Assembly: GCA_965197565.1 (NCBI GenBank)
Contig: CBDANK010000002.1
Location: forward strand, 841,403 to 905,402
Direction of reading: 5' to 3'
DNA from: Dehalococcoidia bacterium
Lineage (GTDB): Bacteria; Chloroflexota; Dehalococcoidia; Lucifugimonadales; UBA3495
Length of the DNA: 64,000 bases
Shown: in pieces, positions 20,669 through 31,455 of the stretch
Layout: each line of letters opens with the position of its first letter
Position numbering within the stretch: position 1 is the stretch's first letter
Notes under the pieces: generated by a model
Database searches by the model: none
Seen by the model: only the letters and a program-made list of their open reading frames with translations
What the model was told of the DNA's origin: nothing
Program-made: the position numbers and the translations under genes

Positions 20669-22033
20669 CTAGCCGCCGTTCTTAACCAACGTCCGCTTGA
20701 TGGTCTCGGCCAGGTCGATCACCTGCGGAATGTCGGACCACGCCTCGACTGCTTCATCCGCTTCCAACTGGGGAAGCGCCATCCTAGCGTTGACCTGGAA
20801 TTTGCTCTTTATATTGTCAAACCCCCAAGGGTTCTTTTGTCCGCCTAAGATGTCCTCCCGCCCGGTGGTATGCTCAATTACCCGCCCATCCTTCAAGGTG
20901 ATCTTAACCGGGACTCCCAGAAGAAAGTCGGTTGAGCCTGACTGGGACTTGGCCAAGACGCGGGTTCGCACCTTATCCATGGTCTCTTGGACCGTCTCTT
21001 GGGCGATTTTCTCATCGCGGAAGGTCTCAATCCCTACCTCACCGTCAACGAGGGCCGCCGCTACGTTGTATTTGGCGCTGAACTTGCTTTTCAACGAGCT
21101 ATCCGGCTCCAGCATTACCACGGAATAGTAAGACTGGTCGAATTCAGCGTTGACCACGTCCTGGTAGGTGAAGTTATGTTCCCGCATCAGGCTAAACAAG
21201 CTGTCCAATATGGCGTGGTTACCGCCGCAACAGGGGTACTTCTTGATGATCAGAGCGTCCTGGATGCGGTAGGGCTTGCCCAGTTCCTCGGCCATTTCGT
21301 TTAGGTCATAGATGCCCTCGCCCAGCACCGTGGCAGCGAAGCCGAAAGGGTCCTCTAGCACCCGGTCGCCGGCAGTAAGACCACGCTGCGCCAGTTGCGC
21401 CGCCATCACGCCATCGCGGCAGGTCAAACCGGCGTGCAAAGGCTTGGTCATAGTGCCGAAGTTATGGATCAATCCGCTGGACATGGACCCGGCAATGCCC
21501 AGGGCGGTGACCGTCTGTTTTTCGTCCAGCTTGAGCAATTTGGCGCAGGCTGCGGCGCCGGCCAGCCGCCCGATGACCGCGGTGCTGTGAAAGCCTTTCT
21601 CCATCTGGTTGTATTTGGTGGTGTGCTGGATGGCCAGACCTACTTCGCAGCCGATGACGTAGGCTTCTATCAGGTCCCGGCCGGTGGCGCCGATATGCTC
21701 GCCAAGGGCCAATAGAGCAGGGAAGACAGCTACCGTAGGGTGTCCAAAGCCGCCGAAGTCGTCATAGTCCAGAGCGTGGCCCATAGTGCCGTTGGCCAGG
21801 GCGGCATTGGACATGGAAGTCCGTCGCCCCGAAGCTAATATAGTAGCCTCGGGGACGGACCCTTGGTCGTTTACGTATTCTTGGATGATTTCCCCTACCG
21901 GCTCGGTCGATCCGGCCAGAATCACTCCCAGCAGGTCAAAGCAGGACTCGTTTGCGACGCGAATGGCGTCGGGGGGGATGTCTTCATAATCCGTGTTGAC
22001 AATCCAACTGGCGATGGTCTCGGTAGCGCCCAT
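20669..22033 (-). CDS. MmgE/PrpD family protein (2-methylcitrate-dehydratase-like)
   Basis: The start MGATETIASWIVNTDYEDIP follows the RBS GGAGG. The protein has PrpD-like architecture throughout. Confidence 0.85.
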   Translation of the reverse strand: MGATETIASWIVNTDYEDIPPDAIRVANESCFDLLGVILAGSTEPVGEIIQEYVNDQGSVPEATILASGRRTSMSNAALANGTMGHALDYDDFGGFGHPTVAVFPALLALGEHIGATGRDLIEAYVIGCEVGLAIQHTTKYNQMEKGFHSTAVIGRLAGAAACAKLLKLDEKQTVTALGIAGSMSSGLIHNFGTMTKPLHAGLTCRDGVMAAQLAQRGLTAGDRVLEDPFGFAATVLGEGIYDLNEMAEELGKPYRIQDALIIKKYPCCGGNHAILDSLFSLMREHNFTYQDVVNAEFDQSYYSVVMLEPDSSLKSKFSAKYNVAAALVDGEVGIETFRDEKIAQETVQETMDKVRTRVLAKSQSGSTDFLLGVPVKITLKDGRVIEHTTGREDILGGQKNPWGFDNIKSKFQVNARMALPQLEADEAVEAWSDIPQVIDLAETIKRTLVKNGG

Positions 22034-22234
22034 TTTGCCGCCTCCAGTGCGTAATATTTCAGTAATAATCAATGGCCTCCGGGAACGCCTAACACCGCTA
22101 TTATATACACCATTCCGATAGGGGCAAGGGGATATGGACAGATACGATAGCCGTGGGGCAAACGACGTTGATATGCCGGACCGGACCGGGGCCATGCTAC
22201 AATGGTCAATACGCCCAGTGGAGGCTATAAAGCT

Positions 22235-23476
22235 ATGCCGGATGTAAAGATCAACGCCTCCCGCCTAAACCGGTCCCTGGTAGAGTTGGGCCGCATTGGC
22301 GAGACCCCGCAAGGGATGCAACGCATTGCTTTTTCTCCGGCCGATGTGGCCGGCCGTGAATACGCCGTCTCTCTAATGCGGCGCGCCGGCCTGGAAACCA
22401 GGGTCGACGCCGCAGGCAATATCATCGGTCGCAAGGCCGGACCGGCTCCGCACCTGCCCGCTATAGTAATGGGTTCCCACACCGATACCGTGCCCAGCGG
22501 AGGAAAATATGACGGGGCCCTGGGGGTGTTGGGGGCCATCGAATGCCTTCAGACTCTGGCCGAAACGGATTCGGCGTTACGCCACCCGGTGGAAGTCGTC
22601 ATCTTCACCAATGAAGAGGGCACCCGGTTTCACCGGTGGTTAATCGGCAGCCGCGCCATGTCCGGTCTACTTGAACCCGAGGACCTGACCGCGGTGGACA
22701 GCGAGGGGGTGCATCTGAGGGACCGCATGGCGGATATTGGAGGCGACTTCTCCCGCTTCGAAGAAGCGGCCCGAAGGCCCGGGGACCTGGCTGCGTATCT
22801 GGAACTCCACATCGAACAGGGGCCGGCCTTGGAGCAGTCGGGGACACCCATCGGGGTGGTTACGGGCATCACCGGCAGAGCATTGTTCGATGTGGAAGTA
22901 AAAGGCACGGCCAACCACGCCGGCACCACGCCCATGCCAGCCCGCCGCGACGCCTTGGTCAGTGCTTCCAAGCTGGTCCTAGCCGTGGAGCGGGTGGCCG
23001 GAGAGCTGGAGACCTGCCGGGTTGCGACAGTGGGCAGCATACAGGCCCACCCCAATGCCGTTAACGTCGTGCCGGGCAGCGTCCGCCTAGGGCTGGAGTT
23101 CCGCGACATCAGCATGGACGCCCTAAGCGCCGCGGAAAGGGAGCTGCGGCAGGCCGTGGCAGCCATTGCGGAGTCGGACGGTGTCGACATGGAAATCGAG
23201 CGTCACCGTTTCAGCCAGTCGGTGCCCATTGCTACTCGAATGCAGGACTTGGTCGAAGAAGCGGCGGACAGGACGGGGCTGACCCACATCAGGCTGCCCA
23301 GCGGCGCGGGCCACGACGCCCAAGCCATTGCCGCCGTCACCGACATGGCCATGATCTTTGTTCCCAGCGTCAACGGCATCAGCCACTCGCCCCAAGAGTA
23401 TTCCACTCCTCAAGATTGCGCCAACGGGGCCCAAGTACTCTTGGAGCTGCTCTTGCTGGCCGACCAACGGATGTAA
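22235..23476 (+). CDS. Zn-dependent M20 amidase, hydantoinase/carbamoylase family (allantoate amidohydrolase / N-carbamoyl-L-amino-acid hydrolase-like)
   Basis: GSHTDTVPSGGKYDGALGV, FTNEEGTRF and PSGAGHDAQ are present. Confidence 0.85.
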   Translation: MPDVKINASRLNRSLVELGRIGETPQGMQRIAFSPADVAGREYAVSLMRRAGLETRVDAAGNIIGRKAGPAPHLPAIVMGSHTDTVPSGGKYDGALGVLGAIECLQTLAETDSALRHPVEVVIFTNEEGTRFHRWLIGSRAMSGLLEPEDLTAVDSEGVHLRDRMADIGGDFSRFEEAARRPGDLAAYLELHIEQGPALEQSGTPIGVVTGITGRALFDVEVKGTANHAGTTPMPARRDALVSASKLVLAVERVAGELETCRVATVGSIQAHPNAVNVVPGSVRLGLEFRDISMDALSAAERELRQAVAAIAESDGVDMEIERHRFSQSVPIATRMQDLVEEAADRTGLTHIRLPSGAGHDAQAIAAVTDMAMIFVPSVNGISHSPQEYSTPQDCANGAQVLLELLLLADQRM

Positions 23477-23523
23477 CGAGGGCTTGCGCGCCGCTCCATA
23501 GCCGGCCCGAGTAGGGGAAAATA

Positions 23524-23958
23524 ATGAAGGTTTCTGCAAGTTATCAATTCAATGCCCCAGCCCCCAAAGTGTGGGCGGTGTTGACCGACACCAAAGCCCT
23601 GGCCCGTTGTATCCCCGGCTGCGAGGGCCTTGACCCCCTGGGCAACGACGAGTATCAAGCGGTGATGACCGTGGGGATCGGCCCCATCAAGGGCCGTTAC
23701 AAAGCCAAGATCTCCATGCGGGACCAAGTGCCTCACCAGTCTTACCGGTTGGCTATACAGGGCACCGGGGCCGGTGGATTCATCAACGGGGATGCGGCCG
23801 TTACTCTCGTGGAGGCCGACGGAAAGACCACGGTAACAGTGGACGGAGATTCCCAAGCAGGGGGGCCGGTGGCCAGGGTCGGGCAACGCATGATGGATAG
23901 CGTCGCCAAGACGATGATCGACCGGTTCTTCGGCTGCCTTACGGAGGCCGCTGCTTAG
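23524..23958 (+). CDS. SRPBCC / CoxG family protein
   Basis: F.APAPKVWAVLTD...L..CIPGCE and GPIKGRYKAKI are typical of CoxG. Confidence 0.8.
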   Translation: MKVSASYQFNAPAPKVWAVLTDTKALARCIPGCEGLDPLGNDEYQAVMTVGIGPIKGRYKAKISMRDQVPHQSYRLAIQGTGAGGFINGDAAVTLVEADGKTTVTVDGDSQAGGPVARVGQRMMDSVAKTMIDRFFGCLTEAAA

Positions 23959-24030
23959 TCCACGGCGAGTAGCGGGCGAGACCGGGCCGCCGCCCTTGGG
24001 ACCAAGGCGGACGGCTGAACTGCAACTAAT

Positions 24031-24792
24031 TCAGGCGAGAATCTGAGATAGGAACGCTTGGGTTCTCTCTTGCCTCGGGCTGCCCAGGAACTCATTGGGC
24101 GGGCCTTCTTCGATGATAATTCCGTCGTCGAACATTATCATGCGGTCGGCCACTTCTCTGGCGAATCCAATTTCATGGGTGACAATTAGCATGGTCATTC
24201 CGGAAGTAGCCAGCTCCCGCATAACATCCAGCACTTCTTTGATCATCTCCGGGTCCAAGGCGGAAGTCGGCTCGTCAAAAAGCATGATCTTGGGTTGCAT
24301 GGCCAGTGCCCTGGCGATAGCAACCCGCTGCTGCTGGCCTCCGGAAAGCTCGGAGGGATATTTATAGGCTTGCTCCGGGATGCCAACTCTTTCCAGCAGG
24401 GCGCTGGCTACTTCTTCCGCTTTTTCCTGAGGCCATTTCCTGACCTTGGTTGGGGCCAGCGTGATATTACGCATTACGGTAAGGTGGGGGAACAGATTGA
24501 AGGACTGGAACACCATGCCAACCTCACGCCGGATGGCGTCGATGTTCCGCACATCGTTGGACAACTTGACGCCGTTGACTACGATGTCGCCTCTTTGGTG
24601 TTCCTCAAGCCGGTTTATGGTGCGGATAAATGTCGATTTGCCGGAGCCGGACGGGCCGAGAATCACCACTTTCTCCCCCTGCCGCACCGATGTGGTGACG
24701 CCCTTGAGTACGTGAAACTCGCCGAACCACTTCTGGACGTCCCGGCAAATGATGATTTCCTCGAGCACCTCCGCTCCTTCCCCAGTAACCAT
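24031..24792 (-). CDS. amino-acid ABC transporter ATP-binding protein
   Basis: The Walker A is GPSGSGKST, the signature is [15 protein letters not shown], and the Walker B is [11 protein letters not shown]. Confidence 0.95.
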   Translation of the reverse strand: MVTGEGAEVLEEIIICRDVQKWFGEFHVLKGVTTSVRQGEKVVILGPSGSGKSTFIRTINRLEEHQRGDIVVNGVKLSNDVRNIDAIRREVGMVFQSFNLFPHLTVMRNITLAPTKVRKWPQEKAEEVASALLERVGIPEQAYKYPSELSGGQQQRVAIARALAMQPKIMLFDEPTSALDPEMIKEVLDVMRELATSGMTMLIVTHEIGFAREVADRMIMFDDGIIIEEGPPNEFLGSPRQERTQAFLSQILA

Positions 24793-24836
24793 AAGAACCT
24801 CCTCAGTATTCCTCGCTATTGCCGGCGCCGACGGGA

Positions 24837-26096
24837 CTAGCGTTGGCCGACGCCCTGGTATTCCTCGATGCGCCTGCTGACGTATGACATGCTATAGGTG
24901 AAAACCCAGAAGACCAGTGCTAGGAAGACGAACAGCTCCGGCGCGTTGCCCAAGTATTCCGGGTTGCCCAAAATGAAGGCCCGGCCGATTGCCACCACGT
25001 CCAACATACTGATGATGTACACCAAGCTGGTGTCCTTGAACAACGCAATGAACTGCCCCGCGATTGCCGGTATGACGTTTCGGATGGCTTGGGGTAGGGA
25101 GATGAGCAGCGTAGTTTGCCAACCCGGCAGCCCCAACGCCCGCGCCGCCTCCGCTTGGCCTGGGTGCAACGCTTGCAGCCCGCCGCGGATGTTCTCCGCC
25201 ATATAAGCCGCGCTGAAGAGGGTAATGACGATGGCGGCCCGAAAGAGCGCGTTTAGAGGGAAATCTTCCGGAAACGCCAGCGGCACCAGCACCTGCGACA
25301 TGAAGAGCAGCGTAATTAGCGGTACGCCCCGGAACACTTCGATAAACACCACGCACAGTAGCCTTACCACCGGCAAATGGCTGCGGCGGCCCAACGACAG
25401 GGCAATGCCGATGGGCAGGCTGAGGGCAATGCCGCCCACCGCCAGCAGCAGGTTGAGCATCACGCCGCCCCAGTAAATGACGGATACCGGCTGCAAGCCC
25501 GGCACCCCTGGCAACCCGTGCAGCAGTATCAGGGTCAACAGGAACGCCGCAATCCACAGGATGACGACCCAGCGGGTAGCGCCCAGCGGTGTGTAGCGGG
25601 CCAGTGCCCAACCCAGTGCTACCGCCGGCAGATTTGCCAGCAGCAGCAGGCGCACGTCCAACCCCATCTTATCCAGGTTGTAAGGGAGGAAGGCGAAGGC
25701 CGCCGACGCCAATGCAGCCAAAAGGGCGATGCCTCGGACAAGGCCGTTTCCAGCAACTCCCCACGACATTCCCAATAACGCTGTCACCAGCAGCAGGGAG
25801 ACTTGCGGCCGCCAGAAGCAGTTCTGCTCGGGGCAGGCTAGGTCGGTGTTGTACTGGCCGATAACAATCCGGCCGTCCAGTATGGCGATGATTTCCCAAT
25901 CGGCCTCGCCAATGACCCAGCCCAGGCCGAACCAGAGGACCAGAGCCAGGGCGGCGGCGGACACCACGGTAAGCAGGCTGTTGTACCAGGTGTTGAACAA
26001 GTTGGACCGGACCCAACCTCCGACACCCACGCTCATGCGCGGCGGCGGCAGTGACAGTGGCGGTGTTATAGACGAGCGGCTGCTATCTCCTGCCAT
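24837..26096 (-). CDS. amino-acid ABC transporter permease (AapM-like, long N-terminal extension)
   Basis: It has multiple TM segments and the EAA-loop region [21 protein letters not shown]. Confidence 0.9.
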   Translation of the reverse strand: MAGDSSRSSITPPLSLPPPRMSVGVGGWVRSNLFNTWYNSLLTVVSAAALALVLWFGLGWVIGEADWEIIAILDGRIVIGQYNTDLACPEQNCFWRPQVSLLLVTALLGMSWGVAGNGLVRGIALLAALASAAFAFLPYNLDKMGLDVRLLLLANLPAVALGWALARYTPLGATRWVVILWIAAFLLTLILLHGLPGVPGLQPVSVIYWGGVMLNLLLAVGGIALSLPIGIALSLGRRSHLPVVRLLCVVFIEVFRGVPLITLLFMSQVLVPLAFPEDFPLNALFRAAIVITLFSAAYMAENIRGGLQALHPGQAEAARALGLPGWQTTLLISLPQAIRNVIPAIAGQFIALFKDTSLVYIISMLDVVAIGRAFILGNPEYLGNAPELFVFLALVFWVFTYSMSYVSRRIEEYQGVGQR

Positions 26097-27302
26097 CTAA
26101 CCCCCGGTGAAACGGATGTGCCGGTTGTACAGGTTGCCGACAATAGAGTAGGTCAGGCTCATCGCCAGGTAGGCCAGCATAATAAGGATGAATATAGACA
26201 CCGCCGGGGCGGTCTGGGTCATGGTTATAGCCACATTGGTCAAGTCGGTATAGCCTATGGCGCCGCCCAGGCTGCTGTTTTTAGTCAGGTTCAGGAATTG
26301 ACTGATCAGAGGGGGGATAATGACCCGCTTGGCTTGGGGAAAGGTTACGTGGCGCAGTGCGCCTAGCGGCGACAGCCCAAGGGCGCGGGCCGCTTCGACC
26401 TGGCCGCGCCTAACTGATTGGATCCCGGCCCGCACGATTTCGGCGATGAAGGCCGAAGTATAGATCACGAGCCCAATCAGCAGCACCAGCAGACCGGCGC
26501 GAATAGTAAAGCCGCCGCTGATGCGTCCAAACCGGCCCTGGGGCTCCGGCGACGAAATGATGTAGGGCGCGTCGCCGTAGAACGCGCTTACGGCCAGCCA
26601 GGCCACAACCCCAATGACCACCGTCGCGGCGCACCTCCCCAGCAGGGGATACGACACCTGTCCGGTGCGGGTCTCGCGCCTGGTCAGCCACCGGTGGACT
26701 GCCCAACCGGCAATAACCGCAATGGGGAGCGCCAGCCAGATGAACGCCGCCCCTTGGTCGGTCCCCGAAGGCCAAGGCAGCGATACGCCCCCGTTGTTGA
26801 TGTAGAACCCCCCGCCAATTACATAGCCTTCTCGGACTGCCGGCAGGGCCAAAACGATGTAGAACCAGAAGTAAAGTTGCACCAGCAGCGGTATATTACG
26901 GAAAACCTCGATGTATACCAACGCCAGCTTGGCGACAATCCAGTTGCTCGACAGACGGGCTATCCCAATGGCAATGCCCAGCAGTGTAGCCAGAATGACG
27001 CCGGAGATGGAAACTACAACGGTGTTGACGGCGGCTACGCCAAAAGCATATAGAAAAGTATCCGACGACTCGTAAGGTACGAAATGCTCGCCTATCGGGG
27101 TCTGATACTCCCGGGACAGGAAGCTGAAGCCGTGGGGGATTTCCCGGTCCTGTACCGCGTCAGCGATGTTGATGAAGAACCAGGCTACAAGAAACACTAC
27201 CAGAAAGGCGGACACAACCTGCACCACCCACTGGATAATCAGGGTGTGTCGCCAGACTGGTACGTCCTGATAAGTTAGAATCCGGCGTATTTGAGCCACC
27301 AT
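26097..27302 (-). CDS. amino-acid ABC transporter permease (AapQ-like)
   Basis: [22 protein letters not shown] is present. It is adjacent to the second permease with no gap (stop and start abut at 26096/26097). Confidence 0.9.
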   Translation of the reverse strand: MVAQIRRILTYQDVPVWRHTLIIQWVVQVVSAFLVVFLVAWFFINIADAVQDREIPHGFSFLSREYQTPIGEHFVPYESSDTFLYAFGVAAVNTVVVSISGVILATLLGIAIGIARLSSNWIVAKLALVYIEVFRNIPLLVQLYFWFYIVLALPAVREGYVIGGGFYINNGGVSLPWPSGTDQGAAFIWLALPIAVIAGWAVHRWLTRRETRTGQVSYPLLGRCAATVVIGVVAWLAVSAFYGDAPYIISSPEPQGRFGRISGGFTIRAGLLVLLIGLVIYTSAFIAEIVRAGIQSVRRGQVEAARALGLSPLGALRHVTFPQAKRVIIPPLISQFLNLTKNSSLGGAIGYTDLTNVAITMTQTAPAVSIFILIMLAYLAMSLTYSIVGNLYNRHIRFTGG

Positions 27303-27370
27303 ACTATTAGCGAAGCGATTGCCGAAGAGGGCAATCGCTTCGCCGTAGTCTTACAGGCCGGTGGAGGCCC

Positions 27371-28501
27371 TTATCGCAGGGGCGCGGCGTAAACCTGACC
27401 GCCCTTGGGACAATCGGCGCAAGGGGCGCTGGACCACAGGGCGTTGCGGCTGCCTTCCCTCACCAACCCCAGCGGGGTCAGGTGACGGTCGTAAATCTCG
27501 CCGTAGTTGCCTACCGCCCGGATTACGTCCTGCGCTACCGTATCGTCCAACCCCATGGTCTCCTGGCCGTAGGACCCTTCCAGACCAAAGAGCCGGTCAA
27601 CGGCGGTGTCGCCGGTAACGGAGGTGGGGATATTAGTCGAGGTTATCCCGTAGGCTTCGGCGTAGATGAGGATGGCCATAACCGTCTTCACCACGTCGTA
27701 CCACTGCTCATCGCCGTGGGGGACCACCGGACCCAGCGGCTCCTCGGAGATGGTGCCGGGCAGGATTACGTGGTCCTCCGGGGTGTCAAAACCGGCCCGG
27801 GTGCTGACCAACCCGGAACGGTCGGTGGTGAGCGTATCGCATTGACCGGCCTGATATGATTCCCTGGCTCCGACGTTGTCGGGGAAGGTCACTACGTCGA
27901 AGTTCATGTTGTTCTGGTTGTCGAAGTCCTGTAGGTTCAACTCGGTGGTGGTGCCCTGTTGCACACATACCTTGGCGTCCTTAAGTTCCAGTAACCCGGA
28001 AACCCCCAGGCTCTCCGGCACCATGAACCCTTGGCCGTCATAGAACATCGTCTGGGCGAAATTGCCCCACTGGGCATCCCGGGAACTGGTCCAAGTAGTG
28101 TTGCGAGACATTATATCCACTTCGCCGGACTGCATGACCGGCCCACGCTCGGCAGCCGTGGTGGGACGGAATTCCACGGAGTCGGGGTTGCCCAAGACAG
28201 CGGCGGCGACGGCGCGGCAAAGGTCGATGTCAAATCCGGCAGTATTCCCGGCACTGTCAATAAAGCCGAAACCGGCCAGACTATTGTTGCTGGCGCATAT
28301 AAGCTTGCCGCGGTCCTTCACGTCCTGGAGTCTGTCGCCGCTGGCCGCCATCATCTCACGGGCCATTTCTTGGGCCATACCTTCCGCCATTTCCTGGGCG
28401 CGTTCCTCAACCGTAGCCGCGTCCGGCTCCGAAGAGCAGGCCCCCAACGCCAAGAGCCCGACCATTAAGCCTATAACCAAGACAGCCAGTTTAGCCTTCA
28501 A
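27371..28501 (-). CDS. amino-acid ABC transporter substrate-binding lipoprotein (AapJ-like)
   Basis: The signal peptide carries the lipobox LLALGAC. The SBP_bac_3-like body includes GFDIDLCRAVA. Confidence 0.85.
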   Translation of the reverse strand: MKAKLAVLVIGLMVGLLALGACSSEPDAATVEERAQEMAEGMAQEMAREMMAASGDRLQDVKDRGKLICASNNSLAGFGFIDSAGNTAGFDIDLCRAVAAAVLGNPDSVEFRPTTAAERGPVMQSGEVDIMSRNTTWTSSRDAQWGNFAQTMFYDGQGFMVPESLGVSGLLELKDAKVCVQQGTTTELNLQDFDNQNNMNFDVVTFPDNVGARESYQAGQCDTLTTDRSGLVSTRAGFDTPEDHVILPGTISEEPLGPVVPHGDEQWYDVVKTVMAILIYAEAYGITSTNIPTSVTGDTAVDRLFGLEGSYGQETMGLDDTVAQDVIRAVGNYGEIYDRHLTPLGLVREGSRNALWSSAPCADCPKGGQVYAAPLR

Positions 28502-28626
28502 CTGTTATCCTCCTTACGGTTGTGCCGATGCGGACCGGTGTTGTCCGCACTGTAGTTATCCATATAGCCGGTTTTGCAGCAGCCCGTATACATTACTGAA
28601 TTCGATACTATCCCGCCTCTTCAGCC

Positions 28627-28851
28627 TTACGAGCCATTCTGCGCGCCGCGCCGTCGCAACTCCCTTAGCACCTCAGTAACCATTATGATCAGAAACGCTA
28701 TTGCCAGCGGGGTTATGAAGCCCAATAGGAAACTCCAGAACCCGTCGTAGGACACCGCCGCCTTGACGCTGTAGACGAAACTAAACACGATTATGATCCC
28801 CGCCAGTATCCTCCCAATCAACACCGCGTCTACATTGGCTTTGATTTCCAT
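28627..28851 (-). CDS. small membrane protein (74 aa)
   Basis: It has two hydrophobic helices (LIGRILAGIIIVFSFV and FLLGFITPLAIAFLIIMV). No family was recognised. Confidence 0.4.
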   Translation of the reverse strand: MEIKANVDAVLIGRILAGIIIVFSFVYSVKAAVSYDGFWSFLLGFITPLAIAFLIIMVTEVLRELRRRGAQNGS

Positions 28852-28990
28852 GGGATACCTCTCTCTATAAACTTCAGAATCGAAAAACTAGGGACCGGCG
28901 CCGTTACCGGCTCAAAGCCGGGCTTAAGCAGTAAGGACCTGACGGTTCATCCGTTATTTAGTTCCTCGGGAACCCCAGACAGCATTACTC

Positions 28991-29114
28991 AGAAACTATC
29001 TCAAAAGGCGGTTCGATAAGCTTTACCGCCAGCAGGTCAAAACAGTAGGCTCGATAGTCCTGAGTTCGTCGAAGTACAGGGCCAACCAAATTCGACCGCT
29101 TTGAGATAGTTTCT
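28991..29114. repeat. 124-bp element bounded by ~25-bp inverted repeats
   Basis: AGAAACTATCTCAAAAGGCGGTTCGA (28991-29016) pairs with TCGACCGCTTTGAGATAGTTTCT (29092-29114). It lies just downstream of the DUF11 gene stop. Confidence 0.65.
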
Positions 29115-29133
29115 AAGGTTTCCTATTTAATTT

Positions 29134-30975
29134 TTATGATATTGGCACTACCAGGGTGTCCAACTCCGTGGCGAAGGCCGGGAAGGTTATGTCTCCGCCC
29201 AGCCGGTCGGTGCCGTGGCCGGTGGCCTGGAAATTAACCTCTTGGGCGTCACTGCCCAAGAACACGCCGTCTCCGGTCAACGATACGGTTACCAACCGCC
29301 ATTCCCAGGTCTCACCGGGACTCAAGACACCATCGCCCAAGGTGTCGCCGCCGATAAACTCCTTAGAGTTGATGTTGAGGCGGACGTTTGCCGGCTCCAC
29401 GTCAACGTATACGTTAGTAAGCGGGGAGTCGCCGGTGTTGGTCTCGGTAATGGTTAGCACTTGGACTACCAGCCTGAGCACCATGGTGTCGACCTCGGAG
29501 AGGGCAACGACGCTGTTAGGATGGATCACTCTGACCAAGGCGGTGTCGCTGTCCTGCACCGGATTACCGTCCGGGGCAGTACCGGTCACGCTGGTTACGC
29601 TTTCCGTGTCTTCAGTCAACGGTGGGGAGCTACACTCGTAGGTTACTTCATCTTCGGATGCAATCGTACCCAGAGGCCGGGAGCAGTCCGGCGAAACACT
29701 GTCCGCAACCACCACGTCGACAAGCTCGGTGCTCCCGTAGTTGCTTACTTTTACGATATAGGTGGCGATTCCCCCTTCTCTTACGATATCTTCCTTCGGA
29801 GTCACGTCGATGGCTAGGTCTAACTCGAAGACGACCACCTCGACTTCAACCGAATCAGTCAGCGTGCCCACGGCTACCACTCGACCCTGAGCAGTGGCCA
29901 TTACCAAGGTGCGCCCGGAAGCATGGGTGCTGGTACAGTCGTAGTTAAATGAAGCGTTGGGCGCCATGACGCCAATAGACTGGTCGCAGTCGGGGGCTTC
30001 CGGCACCGTAACAGTCACGTCCACCAACTCGGTGGTATTGGGGTTAAAAACGGTAACTTTGAAGTCCGAGGGATTCTCGATTCGCACTCGCTGCAAACGC
30101 GGGGTCATATCGATGGATATGGCTATGGCTTCAATAGTGATGGAGGCACTGGCGCTGTCCTGTACCGAGGACAGTGCCTCGGGTACCCCGCCAATCACGT
30201 CGGCCGTCACGGTAGCGGTGTTGATGGCTTCCTGTGCGGGGCTCATCTCACAATCGAAGCTAGTGGACTCACCCACTGACAGTGACCCGACATTCCGCTC
30301 GCAGCCGGTCTCGAGTGAATCAATGACCTGAATGTTAGACAACTCGAAACCACCGGTATTGGCAATGACGATTCTAAAATCGGCGCTGCCGCCCTCGTAA
30401 ACGACCTGCTCAGCGGGGCTGATGCCAAGTTCAATCCCCGGGGGCGCTATTTTAATCTGAGATTCCACGGACGACGAAGCTGGCGGATGTTCTACGGCTT
30501 CAGCAACGGTGTGAGAACTGCCCCCGCCATAGACTGCCCGGGCGGTCAACACCAGGTTTTCAGCATCGTTTTGGTTGACGGTGTAAGTGGCGGCGGGCGC
30601 CTCGTAGACGGAACCGACCTGGATCAGAGGAATGTCGGGAGTCCCATCAACGCCGGCAACCTCTACTGTTGTGCCGTTGGGCAGGATAATCGAAAGCTGA
30701 CCGCCGCTGTAGTTACAAGCGGTGTTTCCAGCAGGCAACTCGGGAATCGAAAGGATGGCTTTGTAGAAGACCCGCATTCCATCAGAAACCTGGGTTACCA
30801 CAACACCGTTTTCATCTAAGGTGCTGACGGACAACCCGACAGTGGAAACATCGCATTCCGCAGGGTCTTCATGACCACGCACCAACTGGGTGCCAAACAT
30901 GAGGGAAACTACGACGGCTGCAATTATCGCCGCCAGGATTACCAGATGGATCGACCTGCTTTGAGTCAACTTCAT
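29134..30975 (-). CDS. secreted or surface protein with repeated DUF11-type domains
   Basis: The signal/anchor is MKLTQSRSIHLVILAAIIAAVVV. Modules of type NxGxxELxNVxVxDSxxxxCxxxxGxLxxxxSxxxxC recur (GCERNVGSLSVGESTSFDC, PDCDQSIGVMAPNASFNYDC, PDCSRPLGTIASEDEVTYEC). Confidence 0.75.
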   Translation of the reverse strand: MKLTQSRSIHLVILAAIIAAVVVSLMFGTQLVRGHEDPAECDVSTVGLSVSTLDENGVVVTQVSDGMRVFYKAILSIPELPAGNTACNYSGGQLSIILPNGTTVEVAGVDGTPDIPLIQVGSVYEAPAATYTVNQNDAENLVLTARAVYGGGSSHTVAEAVEHPPASSSVESQIKIAPPGIELGISPAEQVVYEGGSADFRIVIANTGGFELSNIQVIDSLETGCERNVGSLSVGESTSFDCEMSPAQEAINTATVTADVIGGVPEALSSVQDSASASITIEAIAISIDMTPRLQRVRIENPSDFKVTVFNPNTTELVDVTVTVPEAPDCDQSIGVMAPNASFNYDCTSTHASGRTLVMATAQGRVVAVGTLTDSVEVEVVVFELDLAIDVTPKEDIVREGGIATYIVKVSNYGSTELVDVVVADSVSPDCSRPLGTIASEDEVTYECSSPPLTEDTESVTSVTGTAPDGNPVQDSDTALVRVIHPNSVVALSEVDTMVLRLVVQVLTITETNTGDSPLTNVYVDVEPANVRLNINSKEFIGGDTLGDGVLSPGETWEWRLVTVSLTGDGVFLGSDAQEVNFQATGHGTDRLGGDITFPAFATELDTLVVPIS

Positions 30976-31077
30976 CGACTTACCACCCATAAACATAGGA
31001 TGCCCAGATTTCGGGCAAAGCCGCAGATTAGAATAATACCATCTTTACCAAATAGCAAGCACTTTTTGGGTATTGAG

Positions 31078-31240
31078 CAGGGCTATCGCATTTGGACTGA
31101 ATTGTCCTGTCATTCCTGCGAAGGCAGGAATCCAGGCCCCTAATTCGCCAATGCTGTCATGGCAATCGGCCACATAGTGGCCTCTGGACTCCGGCTTTCG
31201 CCGGAGTGACGGATGGGTTGTTTCTAATGCGATAGCCCTG
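31078..31240. repeat. MITE-like repeat (TIR CAGGGCTATCGCAT) with a 10-bp target duplication
   Basis: The 14-bp TIRs are flanked by GGGTATTGAG on both sides (31068-31077 and 31241-31250). Confidence 0.8.
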
Positions 31241-31247
31241 GGGTATT

Positions 31248-31455
31248 GAGACCTTTGCATAACCCCCACCCCGGTCATTCCGAACGCAGCGAAGCCCTTC
31301 GGCTGCGCTCAGGATAAACTCCGTGAGGAATCTCAAGCCTATGTCAGCAAGCACTGGGTCTGTAGCTGGATCGACGCGATGACTCTGGCCCAACGCCTTA
31401 GATTCCTCCCTCCGGTCGGAATGACAAGTTGAGCGACCAGTTACGCAAAGGTCTC
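31248..31455. repeat. MITE-like repeat, family B, copy B2 (inverse orientation)
   Basis: The ends are GAGACCTTTGCATAAC... and ...GTTACGCAAAGGTCTC. It is homologous to 15847-16054 and 53250-53478. Confidence 0.8.
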
